NCBI GenBank assembly: GCA_963793865.1
Contig: CAWCBP010000002.1
Location: forward strand, 1-64,000
Length of the DNA: 64,000 nt
Source of the DNA: an uncultured delta proteobacterium
GTDB taxonomy: Bacteria > Desulfobacterota > WTBG01
Direction: 5' to 3'
The notes beneath the pieces are model-generated. The model did not search any database. It saw only the letters and a list, made by a program, of their open reading frames with translations, and had not been told where the DNA came from. This document shows positions 39,535 through 50,372 of the stretch, piece by piece. Each line of letters starts with the position of its first letter. Within the stretch, counting starts at the first letter, position 1. The position numbers and the translations under genes are program-made.

Positions 39535-40712
39535 ATGGAGAAAAGAATATTTTTAAAGATGTCACCAGTGCTTTTACTCCTGCTGGCATTGGCCCTACCA
39601 CAATCGCAAGGGCTGACTGGTCTGCCATGGAAAGCGGCACCACCTATGAACTGCGAGGTGTCTGGGGCAGTTCAGCTGCTGATGTTTTTGTAGTAGGCAT
39701 TGGCGGCGTTATTCTTCACTACGACGGCAATGCAGAAGGCAGCTGGTCTCCCATGCAAAACAGCTCTCCCTGACTATCAGCTATTTGGGGCAGTTCAGCC
39801 TCAGATGTTTTTGCTGTGTGCGTGAGCGGAAGAATCCGTCACTATGATGGTTCCACCTGGTCTTCAATGGAAAGCGGGACGAGTCAGGATCTCAAGGGAG
39901 TATGGGGCAGCTCTGCAAACGATGTATTTGCCGTGGGCACGAGCGGCACGGTTCTCCATTACGATGGCTCCGGCTGGTCACCCATGCAAAGCGGGACGGT
40001 TAAAAATCTGTATGGGGTGTGGGGGAGTTCTGCACGTGATGTTTTCGCAGTAGGCTCCGGGGGTACTATTATTCGATACGACGGTTCGCAGTGGTCACCC
40101 ATGCAAAGCGGGACGGACAAGCAGCTTAATGCCGTCTGGGGCAGCACTGCAAACGCTGTCTTTGCCGTAGGTGTTTCCGGCACCATACTTACCTTTGATG
40201 GTTCCAGCTGGTCTCAGATGAGCAGTGGCATAACTAATGAGTTGGCCCAGCTTAAAGGGGTGTGGGGTACCTCTGATAGTAATGTCTTCGCTGTCGGCAC
40301 GTCGGGAACCATTCTTCGGTTTAATGGCACTATCTGGACCGCCATGGCAAGCGGTACTACCAACTTTCTCAACAGTGTCTGGGGCAGTTCAGCTGATAAC
40401 GTTTTCACCGTCGGCGATATGGGCACCATCCTTTTCTATGATGGCACCGCAGCAGTCACGACCACCACAACTTCAATCAGCCCTCCGGACCGCTGCCCGG
40501 TTGAGGAAATCTATGGCCGGGACTCGCGGCAGGCTGAGGTGCTCAGGATATTTAGAGATACAACTATGAGCAGAACTCCCGAAGGCCGACTGCTCATAGC
40601 ACTCTATTATGGATGGGGTCCTTTCATCGTCAAGACATTGCAGGAAGATGCGGAGTTCAAACAATGTTTAAGGGAAATGATAGACGGGTTATTACCCATG
40701 GCTGTGCAATGA
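39535..40712 (+). CDS. Secreted beta-propeller repeat protein with CFI-box-CTERM-like tail; frameshift near 39600 and in-frame TGA at 39771
   Basis: Seven repeats of about 39 aa (L.GVWGSS..DVFAVG..G.ILHYDG..W..M.SGT), Thr linker, and a C-terminal domain like that of 36493-37233. Confidence 0.8.
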
Positions 40713-40828
40713 GCGGAGGACCAATGAGATAAATCAAATACCATGAACGTCGCGGTTTCATTGGCCTGCCCCAAAACCTGACGCAAGATTGTATCTAAAC
40801 AAGGCAGGGGTTCAGGTTGAACAAATAA

Positions 40829-42175
40829 TCATTGGATCTTCCTCTGACGGCCTGCTGATTTATCAGGTTCATTGCTTTTTTTAAATTCTTTTAATTTCAA
40901 AAATCTGATATTTGAAGTTTCGCTTTCTCGCTGGGGGATAAAGTAATTTGTAAAATCAAACATTTCCTCTTTCACAATTCCCACACCTTGTGCAAGCCAG
41001 AGATAACCGAGCGCAATCTTTTCATTTCTCATATTAAAATTTCGCGCAATTGCATACAGTGCTATCTTGAGACAGTTTCTATATGTTCCTGCCGGGACAA
41101 CTATATCTTCGGTACAGAGAACAATACTTGAATACTGCATTTCGGGGTTAAAGTCTTCATATATTGATTTGCTTGGCCAGGATGCTATTCGTGGATACGA
41201 GATGGATGAATAATAGGAACCGCGCTTTAACGTGATGGGAAAAACGGTGACTGGAGGATTGGGAGGCTGAAACAGGGAGCAGCCGTTCACTGAAAACCAG
41301 TACACTTGATTTAACACCAGCCCCTCGGGAGTAAACGCGTAGTAAAAAATATCTTCGTTGTTTTCCACAAATGGTGTGGTATCGAGGTTATAAAGTTTCT
41401 CTTGTTTTCCTGTTTCGATAACAAAAGGCTTTCCCGCTTCGTTATTAAATTCCCACCTGAGGCCGGGTGTCAGCGGGAAGTAATCCCTTATGGAAAAAAC
41501 CGGAACATCAGTTCTTTCGGAATTGACATACGAGAGCAGTGTATGCGTTGTCTGTTTTTCTCCTCGGGTTATGATTCTCTTTATCGGACCTACTGTGGGT
41601 GCCAACCAGAGTGTCTCGCCGATCTTTTCTTTATCATCATGTATTGTTTTTTCGATTATAGCGCCGCTGCTTATTTCTCTGTCTCCCACCGTCACATCTT
41701 CAATGCTTTTTAAGGTGAGGGAGACATGCCGTGTAATTTTCCCTTGTGCTTTAAAGTGCTCACCTTTGGGCCGGGTATACAGTGTGAGTTGAGCAGTGTA
41801 ATTAATGGGGGTATCTAATTGCATTTCCCGCGGCACAAAGAGCATTGGTTCATCAGGTATAAGATATTTATCCGGCCAGTACTCACCGTATATATATAAT
41901 CCGCCCCATCCATCTCTCACACTCACGAAACTGCCATTATCCTGTGACAAGACAATGACTTTTCCCACATTTCGCAGGGTAAAGGTCCCGTTAATGGCCC
42001 ACGAATAATGGGTGTTATCTTCTTTCTTGAAATTCCAGAAGCAACCTTGTTCAGTAGGAAAATATCCGGTGAGTATTATGGCATAAGAATTTTCTGCTGA
42101 CAGAAAAAACAAGGAAACAACCAATAGTACAAATGCACTGTATCTACCTGATCTGTTTGAGCTCATCTGAATCAC
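40829..42175 (-). CDS. Secreted hypothetical protein with two repeated beta-rich domains
   Basis: Signal peptide and duplicated YFP...W.F ... ED(V/I).V ... WLA..VG.(I/V)K motifs. Confidence 0.7.
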   Translation of the reverse strand: MIQMSSNRSGRYSAFVLLVVSLFFLSAENSYAIILTGYFPTEQGCFWNFKKEDNTHYSWAINGTFTLRNVGKVIVLSQDNGSFVSVRDGWGGLYIYGEYWPDKYLIPDEPMLFVPREMQLDTPINYTAQLTLYTRPKGEHFKAQGKITRHVSLTLKSIEDVTVGDREISSGAIIEKTIHDDKEKIGETLWLAPTVGPIKRIITRGEKQTTHTLLSYVNSERTDVPVFSIRDYFPLTPGLRWEFNNEAGKPFVIETGKQEKLYNLDTTPFVENNEDIFYYAFTPEGLVLNQVYWFSVNGCSLFQPPNPPVTVFPITLKRGSYYSSISYPRIASWPSKSIYEDFNPEMQYSSIVLCTEDIVVPAGTYRNCLKIALYAIARNFNMRNEKIALGYLWLAQGVGIVKEEMFDFTNYFIPQRESETSNIRFLKLKEFKKSNEPDKSAGRQRKIQ

Positions 42176-42184
42176 TCCTCCACT

Positions 42185-42643
42185 TTATTGTTTTCTTCCT
42201 TTTTCCAATATTTCTGCGGCATTTTTTAACAGTGCAGTAAGTTCCTGTTTCCCTTCCGGTCTTACCTTTTCTAAAATGCGTTCCAGTGATTCAACCTGGT
42301 TGTTTTTGAAGGCCACGAGCAATTTTTTTCCCATGGCTGTTAAGCGGATATCTGAAAAGCGTTTGTTGTTCTCATTGGGTTTTCTTTTTACATAGCCTGC
42401 AACCTCAAGTCGTTGAATGAGATTATTCACACTCTGCACTGACATGCCAAGGATCGGACTTATTTTTGAGATATGGATAACAGCGCTTTCACTAAAAAAA
42501 GAGAGGACCCTCATCTGGGTAACGGTGAGAGAAGGTACCTTTTCCCTGAGACCCTTGCCGAACTCCAGGCACCTGAGAATTTTTTGCAAGCTTATGAAAA
42601 TATCCTGGATTGCCTTTTTTTGAGATGGTTTTTGAGTACCCAT
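42185..42643 (-). CDS. MarR-family regulator, paralogue of 19579-20076
   Basis: Shares LQKI.RCL..G.GL, T.TQMRVLS.F, LGMS.QS..NL..RLE and KR.SD..LTA.GKK. Confidence 0.9.
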   Translation of the reverse strand: MGTQKPSQKKAIQDIFISLQKILRCLEFGKGLREKVPSLTVTQMRVLSFFSESAVIHISKISPILGMSVQSVNNLIQRLEVAGYVKRKPNENNKRFSDIRLTAMGKKLLVAFKNNQVESLERILEKVRPEGKQELTALLKNAAEILEKGRKQ

Positions 42644-42730
42644 AACCGAACCCCGCAAGCAAAAACTATACTTTTATATAGTATACGAATGTATAACATA
42701 TGGGAAAAAATGTCAACACTATATAAAACT

Positions 42731-43174
42731 TCATCTCATATCAGCATGCTTTTCCCCGGTCATCTCCACAAACTTATCGTTTTCCCACTTTACATGGGTA
42801 ACCGTACCATCGGCTGAGGTCTTCTTACCCGTACCGTACAATGCATCGTTTTTCCATTCACCTTCATAGATGTCACCGTTGGCCATGGTCAGAATGCCCT
42901 GCCCTTCCTTCTTGCCATGCACAAATTGGCCTTTATAGGTCGCGCCATTCCATTCCCCTTCACCAAAGGTGTAAATCCCGTTGCCATGGTAGTCGCCTTC
43001 CAGCCACTCCCCGTCATAACAATCACCTTTCCATTTTCCTTCACCCCAGGTAAATATTCCATGGCCGTTCTTTGATCCGTTTGCCCATTCACCCTCATAT
43101 TTACCGCCGCGGGCATAGGTACACGTGCCCCTTCCATGTTTTTGGCCATTTTTCCAGGAACCCACATAGGTGTG
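42731..43174 (-). pseudogene. MORN-repeat protein, 5'-truncated at the long-repeat boundary
   Basis: Y.G.W..G..HG.G repeats begin abruptly at the TTGAAC junction (43175). Confidence 0.7.
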
Positions 43175-43849
43175 TTGAACCATAAGAAAAAATTGGCACC
43201 GGCACATAAATATTGTTCGAAGAAAATATCAAGTGACGTTACGACGGGTCAAAAAAAGTATTCCACAGACATGTGTGAATTGCCTGTGGATAAGTGGAGG
43301 GTTGAGAAGAAATTGATGCCAATGCGATTGGCGATTTAGCATTTGCTCAAATCCTGACCATTGAGGAATGGCAATAAAAACAGAGTGTTAGAAGCGAGTG
43401 GGGTTGTGTCTGATCCGAAGCAGTCTCCGACTTTCTTTTTTATACCCAAGATATCCACAGTGATGGAAGATGCTTCAATATCTTGTGCCGGGTCTTTTGC
43501 GCGAGATCAATTTCTCCATCCATCGCCACTGCAAAAAGAAAAATTTTCAAATACAAAAAAATTCGCCTTGCGCCTTTATGAGATAATTTATAAGCAGGGA
43601 ATGATGCAGGATACAGGATACAGGAGTGTTCTTCCCTGAACCGGGTTCCCCTACGCCCTAAACCCTCACTTTGAACCACAGAAGACCAGAACACGAAGAG
43701 CATAAAAAAGGGTCTCAGTTTCAAGCATGCAATACAGCAATGTTGATACCAGACCCACGGTTCGGAGAAGGGCACAGGAGAAGCGGGGCATGAAAAGCAG
43801 GAAAGAATGCCGGATACAACGATTCAGGTGTAAGGCAGCCAGTATCCAG
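43175..43849. repeat. Long non-coding repeat, copy A
   Basis: Highly similar to 53235-54057 and 50373-50907. Confidence 0.9.
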
Positions 43850-43941
43850 TACTCCGACCTTTGCTCTTTGGGGGTCAGGGTTTAGGGTACAGGGTTCCGG
43901 GGAAAAGCGCTCGCGGTTAGAGAGAAAATAGCAAAGCTATT

Positions 43942-44901
43942 TCAGGGTCGGATCTTGAACAGTTCCTCTGCAATCTTTTGTATTTTTCTCAGCGTTTTCT
44001 ACACCATGTACCCACTTATTCGGTATGGATTCGACGCCAAGAAGGTTCCAAGAATAGCTCCGGTAATGGAACCGGTTGAATCACTGTCGCCGGAGTGATT
44101 GATGGCGGCAAGGGTAGCTGAAGTCCAATCATCAGGGAATTTCAGTGAGCAGTAAAGTGCTATGGCCAAGGCCTCCTCCCCGAACCACCCTTCCCCAATG
44201 GCTGCAATGGAATCTTCAACCGGATCCTGACTGTTTGATAAAGTGATTGCGCGCTGAATTAAAGCAAGCGTTTCCTCATGGCCATCATAGGTTGTCAGGG
44301 TACCGATGCTCCTCTCGATAGCTTCCTCCAATGTCATCCTCTCAATGATATGGGCGATCATTTCTGAAAGAAATCCGGCGGATAGATACCCTGAAGGGTG
44401 CCCATGGGTGATGGCGGCAAATTCAGCACCCTTTCGGAAGGCAGCAGCTGCAGGAAAGGCCAGTCCGGCAGGTGCAGTACGCATCACTCCGCCGCATCCT
44501 TTGCTATTATTGATCTTCTTTTCAATGGTCCCCATCTTCCCGCTTCGCAACGAACTCAAACACGTAATGCCAGGGGCTCTTTTTTGATTAGGATCATTCT
44601 GTGTTGCGAGCCACTCCCGATAACATTGGTAGACTTCAGCTGCCGGCTCGAAAATCCTACCCTCTTTTTGATTTTGGTACGCATTCAGGCAGCCTTGCGC
44701 TGTTGCCAGAGACATCTGGGTGTCATCGGTATAGAAGCCGGGCTTAAATTCTGCCTCTAATGTTTTCCACGCATGAAAATCAGCAATGCCGTTTTCACCA
44801 TGGTGTGCCTTGATTTCTGCAAGTGATAGAAATTCAACCGGCGCGCCCAGCGCATCACCTATTGCAAGCCCGAATAAGCAGCCGAAGAACTTGGGAAGCA
44901 T
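43942..44901 (-). CDS. ADP-ribosylglycohydrolase (DraG/ARH family); two indels near the 3' end
   Basis: GLAIGDALG, YTDDTQM, GCGGVMR, ITHGH and GDSDSTG motifs. The corrected C-terminus reads GVESIPNKWV...ELFKIRP. Confidence 0.9.
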
Positions 44902-45062
44902 AAAAAATCAGGGTTCAGGGTGTAGGTAGTCGGCTAAAACACCTTTAACTATTACAGATCATACATAGTTGATCGCATATCACACATCATGCATCATGTC
45001 AATTTGGGACCAGGGCTTTATTGGACTTGACAATTCTAAAGTGATACTTTATAATTCTCAAC

Positions 45063-46238
45063 ATGAAATATATTCCACGATCTCTGGAGACGGAGCTGGC
45101 AAGGGCGGTCAAAAGCTTTCCCGCCATTATCCTGACCGGCCCGCGCCGTTCGGGAAAGACAACCCTTTTAAGAAAGTGTTTCCCCAAGGCCTCCTATACC
45201 CTCATCGAAGATCCCGACATTATTGCGCAAATCAAGCATGACCCGCGGACATTCCTGGAGGGAGTTACAACACCGGCGATTTTTGATGAGATACAAAACG
45301 TCCCGCAGATATTAAACTATGTACGAACCTTGATTGATCAATCACCCAAAAAATGCGGCCAATGGTTCTTGACCGGTTCTCAAGAATCTTCCTTGATGAA
45401 AGGGGTCAGTGAATCGATGGCCGGGCGGGCAGCTGTTTTTCAGCTTTTACCTTTTTCAAAAAGCGAAACACCGAAGGTTTCCATTTTGCAGGGAGGATTT
45501 CCGGAAGTCATCGAAAAACCGAAAACGGCGGACTTATGGTTTCGTTCCTATTTGCAAACCTATCTGGAACGGGATTTGCGGGCCATCAGCGCCATTAAGG
45601 ATTTGTCGACCTTTCGAAGGTTTTTATCCATTTTAGCCAGCCGCAATGGGCAGATAGTAAACCGGACTGATTTGGCCGCACCCCTTGGAGTTTCCATTCC
45701 AACGATAACGCAGTGGCTGAGCATTCTTGAGATGACGTCACAAATTATCCTCATCCCTCCTTTCTTTGAGAATTTCGGGAAAAGGCTGGTGAAATCCCCT
45801 AAGCTCTATTTTGTTGATTCCGGATTATTGTGTTATTTGCTTGGCATTGAATCTCCGCAAGCTCTCACACGATCCCCTTTTTATGGTTTTATTTTTGAAG
45901 CGTTTGTTGCATCAGAAATCCTTAAAAGCCAGCTTGCCTGCGGTGCAAGAAAGGAACTGTATTATTTTAGGGATCAGCAGGGCCTGGAAGTAGACTTCCT
46001 GGTCCCGATGGGCGATAACCATCTGATGCTTCTGGAGGTGAAAGCGTCGAAAACGATCAATCCCTCTATGACCTTGCCGCTTGAACGTCTGATAAAATCC
46101 ATCCGAAAGCATTCCACAGAAGCGTTCCTGGTTCATATTCCTTTACAGAAAGGGGAAATACCTTCCGCCATCACGCCGGGGATTAAAGCCATCTCGAGCG
46201 ATGAAGTATGTGCAATAATAAGGGCCCGGGGCAATTGA
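45063..46238 (+). CDS. AAA_14 ATPase with DUF4143 / PD-(D/E)XK C-terminal domain
   Basis: GPRRSGKT, IFDEIQ, LTGS, KSPKLYFVDSG and EVDF..LEVK motifs. Confidence 0.9.
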   Translation: MKYIPRSLETELARAVKSFPAIILTGPRRSGKTTLLRKCFPKASYTLIEDPDIIAQIKHDPRTFLEGVTTPAIFDEIQNVPQILNYVRTLIDQSPKKCGQWFLTGSQESSLMKGVSESMAGRAAVFQLLPFSKSETPKVSILQGGFPEVIEKPKTADLWFRSYLQTYLERDLRAISAIKDLSTFRRFLSILASRNGQIVNRTDLAAPLGVSIPTITQWLSILEMTSQIILIPPFFENFGKRLVKSPKLYFVDSGLLCYLLGIESPQALTRSPFYGFIFEAFVASEILKSQLACGARKELYYFRDQQGLEVDFLVPMGDNHLMLLEVKASKTINPSMTLPLERLIKSIRKHSTEAFLVHIPLQKGEIPSAITPGIKAISSDEVCAIIRARGN

Positions 46239-46822
46239 TTTTATGTACGTGGCTATCCAATTTCATCTCCAAGAGCCAGGGCTTTCCACGACTATGTAAA
46301 AGGCATGTTACGCGCCAGATTTTCCACCAGTGGGCCAAGAAAGGCTGCACTATCTGCAACTATCTCCTGAAAGTCTTTTGTAATAGTGACTAACCGGTTT
46401 TTTCGAAAAAACACCTTCCATTGAGCACCCTTTACCGTTAAAAACCGTAGGTGAATAGGTTCTTAACTTATTTGAGAACTCAAGTGGTCCGGGTTGTCTA
46501 GACAGAAAGGAGCTTCTTTAAGGTGGACCTGGCTGCCCCCCTTTTTTTCTGTGCCTCTGACCCTTTAAAAAGCGGGGTTCAGCATGGGAGATGCGAAATG
46601 GATTAATGCAACGATGGGTAACTTCAAGATTTTTGTGTCAGCAGGAGAGGAGTGACAATACCTGCCTTTGCATTTTCATAGGGGAAAAGAAGGATTTGTG
46701 ATGAGTGACAATTAGAACTCCCGCGAGGGAAAATACGAGTTGACGTCAATCAGATTTGCTTTGCAATAGGATCTAATTAGATGTATTATTTTTTAAAGAT
46801 CAAAGGAAACAGAGGTGACGAA

Positions 46823-47032
46823 ATGAAGGGCAAAGCCAGGAAAAAAGCTCCTGAGATAGTTCTCAGAGAGGGCAAACCCTCAGCGGTGATACTAGACATT
46901 CATGATTATCGAGAGATGCTGGAACGCCTGGAAGACCTCGATGATTTGAACATGCTTAATGAAATGAGGAAGAGGCCGCTAAAATACAAAAAGCTTGAAG
47001 ATTTTTTGAAGGAGTATCCGCACAGTGTATGA
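46823..47032 (+). CDS. Phd/YefM-like antitoxin
   Basis: GKPSAVILDI.DY..MLE.LEDL.D; overlaps the relE start. Confidence 0.8.
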   Translation: MKGKARKKAPEIVLREGKPSAVILDIHDYREMLERLEDLDDLNMLNEMRKRPLKYKKLEDFLKEYPHSV

Positions 47033-47258
47033 AGTCCTTCTTGAGAAGTCTGCGGAAAATGACCTCAAGCGTTTGTCACCATCAATCTTCCAGCGAATTA
47101 TCCCTCAGCTTAGAACCTTAGCTAACAAACCAAGACCTTTCGGGTGCCGTAAAATTTCCGGTTCAAAGAACGATTGGTGAATTAGAATCGGCGACTATCG
47201 CATCATTTACGAAATTGACGAGAAAACCAGGTTCGTGAAGGTTATGCGAGTGCGACAC
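47025..47258 (+). pseudogene. relE: RelE/ParE toxin pseudogene
   Basis: GTG start; MYEVLLEKSAENDL...PRPFGCRKISG..DW*IRIGDYRIIYEID..VRH. TGA at 47178-47180 replaces Arg, and the 3' end is cut by the IS. Confidence 0.85.
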
Positions 47259-47284
47259 CGTCTTGTCCTAAAATAGTTGACATT

Positions 47285-48112
47285 TTAAGCAGCATGCTTC
47301 TGTGCGGGTGTCATATACTTCAATGACATATGTAACCGCTCTTCGTTATAGATCTGTATGGCTTCTTTTACCATTCGCTCTGCCACTCGAAAAGATACCA
47401 GTTTCTCCCCCAACTGTAATTCATCCTTCAGTATGCCGTTGACTCGCTCTGCCACGGCATTCTCATACACGTGATTCTCTTCGGTCATACTAATTCGAAC
47501 TCCTTGTTTCTTTAATATTTCCGTATACCCTTTACTACAATATTGGATTCCCCGATCAGAATGGTGTATTAACAGCTTCGGATTCTTCGTCATGCGCAGT
47601 GCCATCTTGAGCGCTCGTACACTTCCCTCAATTGACAAACTCCTGCTTACTGCATACCCCATAATCTTTCGAGAATACCAATCCGTAATCAGTGACAAAT
47701 AACAATACCCTTCCATCGTTTCCAGATACGTTATATCTGCTACAAATACCTGCTCCGGCCTTTGTGCCTCTTCTTCTTTAATCAGATTCTTATATACCTT
47801 CATCCCATGTGCAGATTGAGTCGTCCGTACATATTTCCTCTTTCTCTTTACCAACAAATCCCTCTCTCGCAATATCCTCAATAACCGATCCCGTCCAATC
47901 GTACACTCACCAGCTCCCAGCATCTTGTGGAGCTTTCTGCCTCCTACCCGCGGCTGCCGCTTCCGTATCCTTCGTACCTCATCCATCACTGCTGCTTCTT
48001 CCACCCTTCGTCTTCCCTCAATCACTATCCGCTTGTAATACCCCTGCCGACTGTATCCGTATGCTTCACAAAGCTTTCCTATCCCTGCTCCTTTTTGATT
48101 GCCTCGCCCCAC
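47285..48112 (-). CDS. IS3 transposase OrfB (DDE)
   Basis: VADITY, HHSDRGIQY, ENAVAER and YNEERLH motifs. Confidence 0.92.
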   Translation of the reverse strand: MGRGNQKGAGIGKLCEAYGYSRQGYYKRIVIEGRRRVEEAAVMDEVRRIRKRQPRVGGRKLHKMLGAGECTIGRDRLLRILRERDLLVKRKRKYVRTTQSAHGMKVYKNLIKEEEAQRPEQVFVADITYLETMEGYCYLSLITDWYSRKIMGYAVSRSLSIEGSVRALKMALRMTKNPKLLIHHSDRGIQYCSKGYTEILKKQGVRISMTEENHVYENAVAERVNGILKDELQLGEKLVSFRVAERMVKEAIQIYNEERLHMSLKYMTPAQKHAA

Positions 48113-48473
48113 TCCTTGCCACCAAAATTTTTTTTAAAATCTACCTGATAATGCTCTTCTGCGCTCTCAATTAATGATTCCAGGGCAACGTTCTTTACCT
48201 GCGCTTTGGCTAAGGCTGATTCCAGTGCCTTTATCTGGCGCTCTAATGCCTTGATCCGTTCTTGCTCGTCTTTCATCTCAATCCGCACCACCTTGTTTAG
48301 TAAATGATTTTTCCCAAGCTTCCGTATCCAGTTCTGTATCGTCTCCCCGCCCCTGATATCGTATATCTTCTGTGCTCCCGCTCATACTTACCTCGCCTGC
48401 TTCTATCTCAGCTACTACTTTTCTGTCTGAATGCTAAACTGTATCGATGTATTATTCTTCCTTCCCCCTTCAT
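48079..48473 (-). CDS. IS3 OrfA (HTH + leucine zipper), frameshifted
   Basis: RYSLAFRQK...TIQNWIRKLGK...LESLIE in shifting frames; A-run slippery site near 48127-48135. Confidence 0.7.
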
Positions 48474-48520
48474 AGGTTGACTCCTTTCATTCCTTTGTCA
48501 ACCTATTTCAGGACGACTCA

Positions 48521-48668
48521 CCCTGTACCTCTGCCCTGCACCCAGTTCCCTCAACCCTCTGCTTTGAACCACGAAGCTCACGAAGAGAAAATCACGAAGA
48601 ACACGAATGTTGCAAGGGGTCAGGTCTTGAAATATCAGTTTTGAGGAGCGAAGGCTTTGGATTGCGGA
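48521..48668. repeat. CACGAAG-rich / GGGGTCAGGTCTTGA spacer module
   Basis: Near-duplicate of about 51690-51824; related to 49924-50165 and 54063-54090. Confidence 0.75.
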
Positions 48669-48733
48669 TTGGAGGGAACAGGGGTGCAGGGTGGTGGCAA
48701 TTACTTTGCTTGTGAGTCTATGAACACGCAGAA

Positions 48734-49096
48734 TTATTTTCTTGTTCTTCGCGTGCGGATCCCCTCGGGGGTGATGATAACAAGATTATTTTTAATATCT
48801 TCTTCTTTGATCTCCTCAAACAACTTTTTAAAAATATTCACGGATTCATCAACTGTCCTTCGGTATATCTTTACCACTATGATTCCTCCACATGATTCCG
48901 GGGGAAAACGAAACATTCTGGAAAAATCCTTATCCATCGTTACAATCACATACTTTTCTTTACAGGCCAGCTGAAAAACTTCATCATCGGATATTCCTGA
49001 AAGCCCCGCTTCTCTTAAACTCAGCACATCATGACCATGGCTTCTTAGGTAATTAATAATAGGGTCAAATAGATTTTCATTGGCAAACATCTTCAT
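48734..49096 (-). CDS. DUF5615 PIN-like protein (putative toxin)
   Basis: FANENL, GHDV, SDDEV and VTMDKDF motifs; coupled to DUF433. Confidence 0.88.
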   Translation of the reverse strand: MKMFANENLFDPIINYLRSHGHDVLSLREAGLSGISDDEVFQLACKEKYVIVTMDKDFSRMFRFPPESCGGIIVVKIYRRTVDESVNIFKKLFEEIKEEDIKNNLVIITPEGIRTRRTRK

Positions 49097-49320
49097 AATG
49101 CAACACCTGCTTCTTCATCAGCAAGGATGGATGCATAATACAGACAAGCCCTTATATCTTCATCACTTATATTTGGATAAGCAATTTTAACGTTTTGATT
49201 ACTCTCACCTGCGGCAAGAAGATCCAGGATTATATGCACAGGGATTCGTGTTCCTTTGATACAGGGTTTGCCGCTGCATATCTTTGGATCACAAACAATT
49301 CTATTGTATAACTGGTTCAT
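49093..49320 (-). CDS. DUF433 antitoxin
   Basis: DPKICSGKPCIKGTRIPV..IL motif. Confidence 0.93.
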   Translation of the reverse strand: MNQLYNRIVCDPKICSGKPCIKGTRIPVHIILDLLAAGESNQNVKIAYPNISDEDIRACLYYASILADEEAGVAL

Positions 49321-49409
49321 ACTTCCACCTCTATTATAATTGTTACACGAGAAGTTATGATTGTAATGATGCTGTTAGAGAAGATTATACTAAATTCAAA
49401 TCTGCATCT

Positions 49410-49715
49410 TCAGTTTGCATACACAACCTCCAGACTCTTTAGGATTTCATGGCGCCTGAAAGAATTGCGTAAAGCGGCCTTTTCCACCACATCAACCTTT
49501 CTTCCAAAAATCTCAGCTAATACCTCTTCCATACGGGCCAGATCAAACAGGCTGTGATGAGCATCGGGAGCAAAAGCAACCAGTACATCTACATCACTAT
49601 CGTTATGAAAGTCTTTTCGCAAAATTGACCCGAACAGGCCAAATTCAATTACTTTCCACTTTCGACAAAAGTCTTTGATTTTTTCCCGGGGAATCGAGAT
49701 GTTTTTGTTGTTCAT
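49410..49715 (-). CDS. Minimal nucleotidyltransferase (MNT) antitoxin, partner missing
   Basis: LFGS.LR.DF..DSDVDVLV and GRKVDVV. Only an 11-codon stub (MQTEDADLNLV) overlaps its stop. Confidence 0.9.
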   Translation of the reverse strand: MNNKNISIPREKIKDFCRKWKVIEFGLFGSILRKDFHNDSDVDVLVAFAPDAHHSLFDLARMEEVLAEIFGRKVDVVEKAALRNSFRRHEILKSLEVVYAN

Positions 49716-49923
49716 TACCGTAACCGTGCGTTATTCTTTGCTACCAATTAAATAAATATATCAGAACGCGTGATGATTGAACAGATTATTTTTATATAGT
49801 CTGAGACGGAGCATTTGTCAGTTGGGGTCAGCCCTTGACATTGGACAAGTACACAGATTTGCGGGACGTTGTTGACTAAGTGGAATAAGTAAGGTGATGT
49901 GCGATAGAAACGGGAGACTGCTC

Positions 49924-50238
49924 CCTGTACCCTGCACTCTCATCTTCCAACCACGAAGCTCACGAAGGACGGCACGAAGAACACGAAGAAAAAGCGCAAA
50001 AAAAGGGGTCTGGTTTCAACATGCATTGCAGCAATGTTGATACCAAACCCGCTTTCTGGTGAAGAGCGCGAAGAAAATGAGGAAAGGATGTAGCAGACGG
50101 CGTCTGACCCTCCACCCTCTGCTTTGAATCACGAAGAACACAAAGGAAGACAGGAAGAATACGAATAATTCCCTAACACTACTTTCTTCTGCTTTTTTCT
50201 TCGTGATCTTCGTGCGTTTTTCCTTCGTGGTCCAAAGT
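49924..50238. repeat. Partial copy of the 3' half of the long repeat plus an inverted CACGAAG block
   Basis: CACGAAG arrays, GCAATGTTGATACC block and inverted CTTCGTG arrays at about 50198-50232. Confidence 0.7.
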
Positions 50239-50372
50239 TAGTGAATGGTTCGGGGCATCTCTCTATCGCGGCTAAAGCCGCTCCTACCGGGATTTTTTCT
50301 TCTGACTAATCTTCCTCCTATCTACATCGCACATCGCAGATCTTACATCCCCCCATCTTCTTCCCCAAACCT

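Larger units (their letters stand above)
47259..48520 (-). mobile_element. IS3-family insertion sequence
   Basis: Imperfect TIRs CGTCTTGTCCTAAAATAGTTGACA / TGAGTCGTCCTGAAATAGGTTGACA, with orfA and orfB. No target duplication seen. Confidence 0.9.

Noticed and set aside
39771..39773. In-frame TGA in the beta-propeller gene as selenocysteine
   Set aside because: The position is not Cys in the sister repeats. TCTCCCTGACTA is more simply explained as TCTCCTGACCTA (S-P-D-L) with two compensating indels.
43261..43293. DnaA boxes as the chromosomal oriC
   Set aside because: Only one perfect box per copy, present in three copies, and no dnaA/dnaN/gidA context. Kept only as a feature of the repeat.
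43575..43603. TTATGAGATAATTTATAA as a dif/Xer site
   Set aside because: Only a weak XerD-like half, with no convincing XerC arm.
43361..43775. ORFs inside the long repeats (also 50464-50922 and 53500-54290)
   Set aside because: Reading frames are not preserved between copies and no protein motifs are recognisable.
46240..46720. Possible gene or ncRNA between the ATPase and the antitoxin
   Set aside because: Only stop-interrupted frames, with no recognisable motif or convincing structure.
47178..47180. TGA in relE as recoding
   Set aside because: It replaces the conserved Arg of WRIRIGDYR (CGA to TGA) in a gene that is also truncated by an IS.
49940..50000. CACGAAG arrays as a CRISPR
   Set aside because: Short irregular units, no unique spacers of constant length, and no cas genes.
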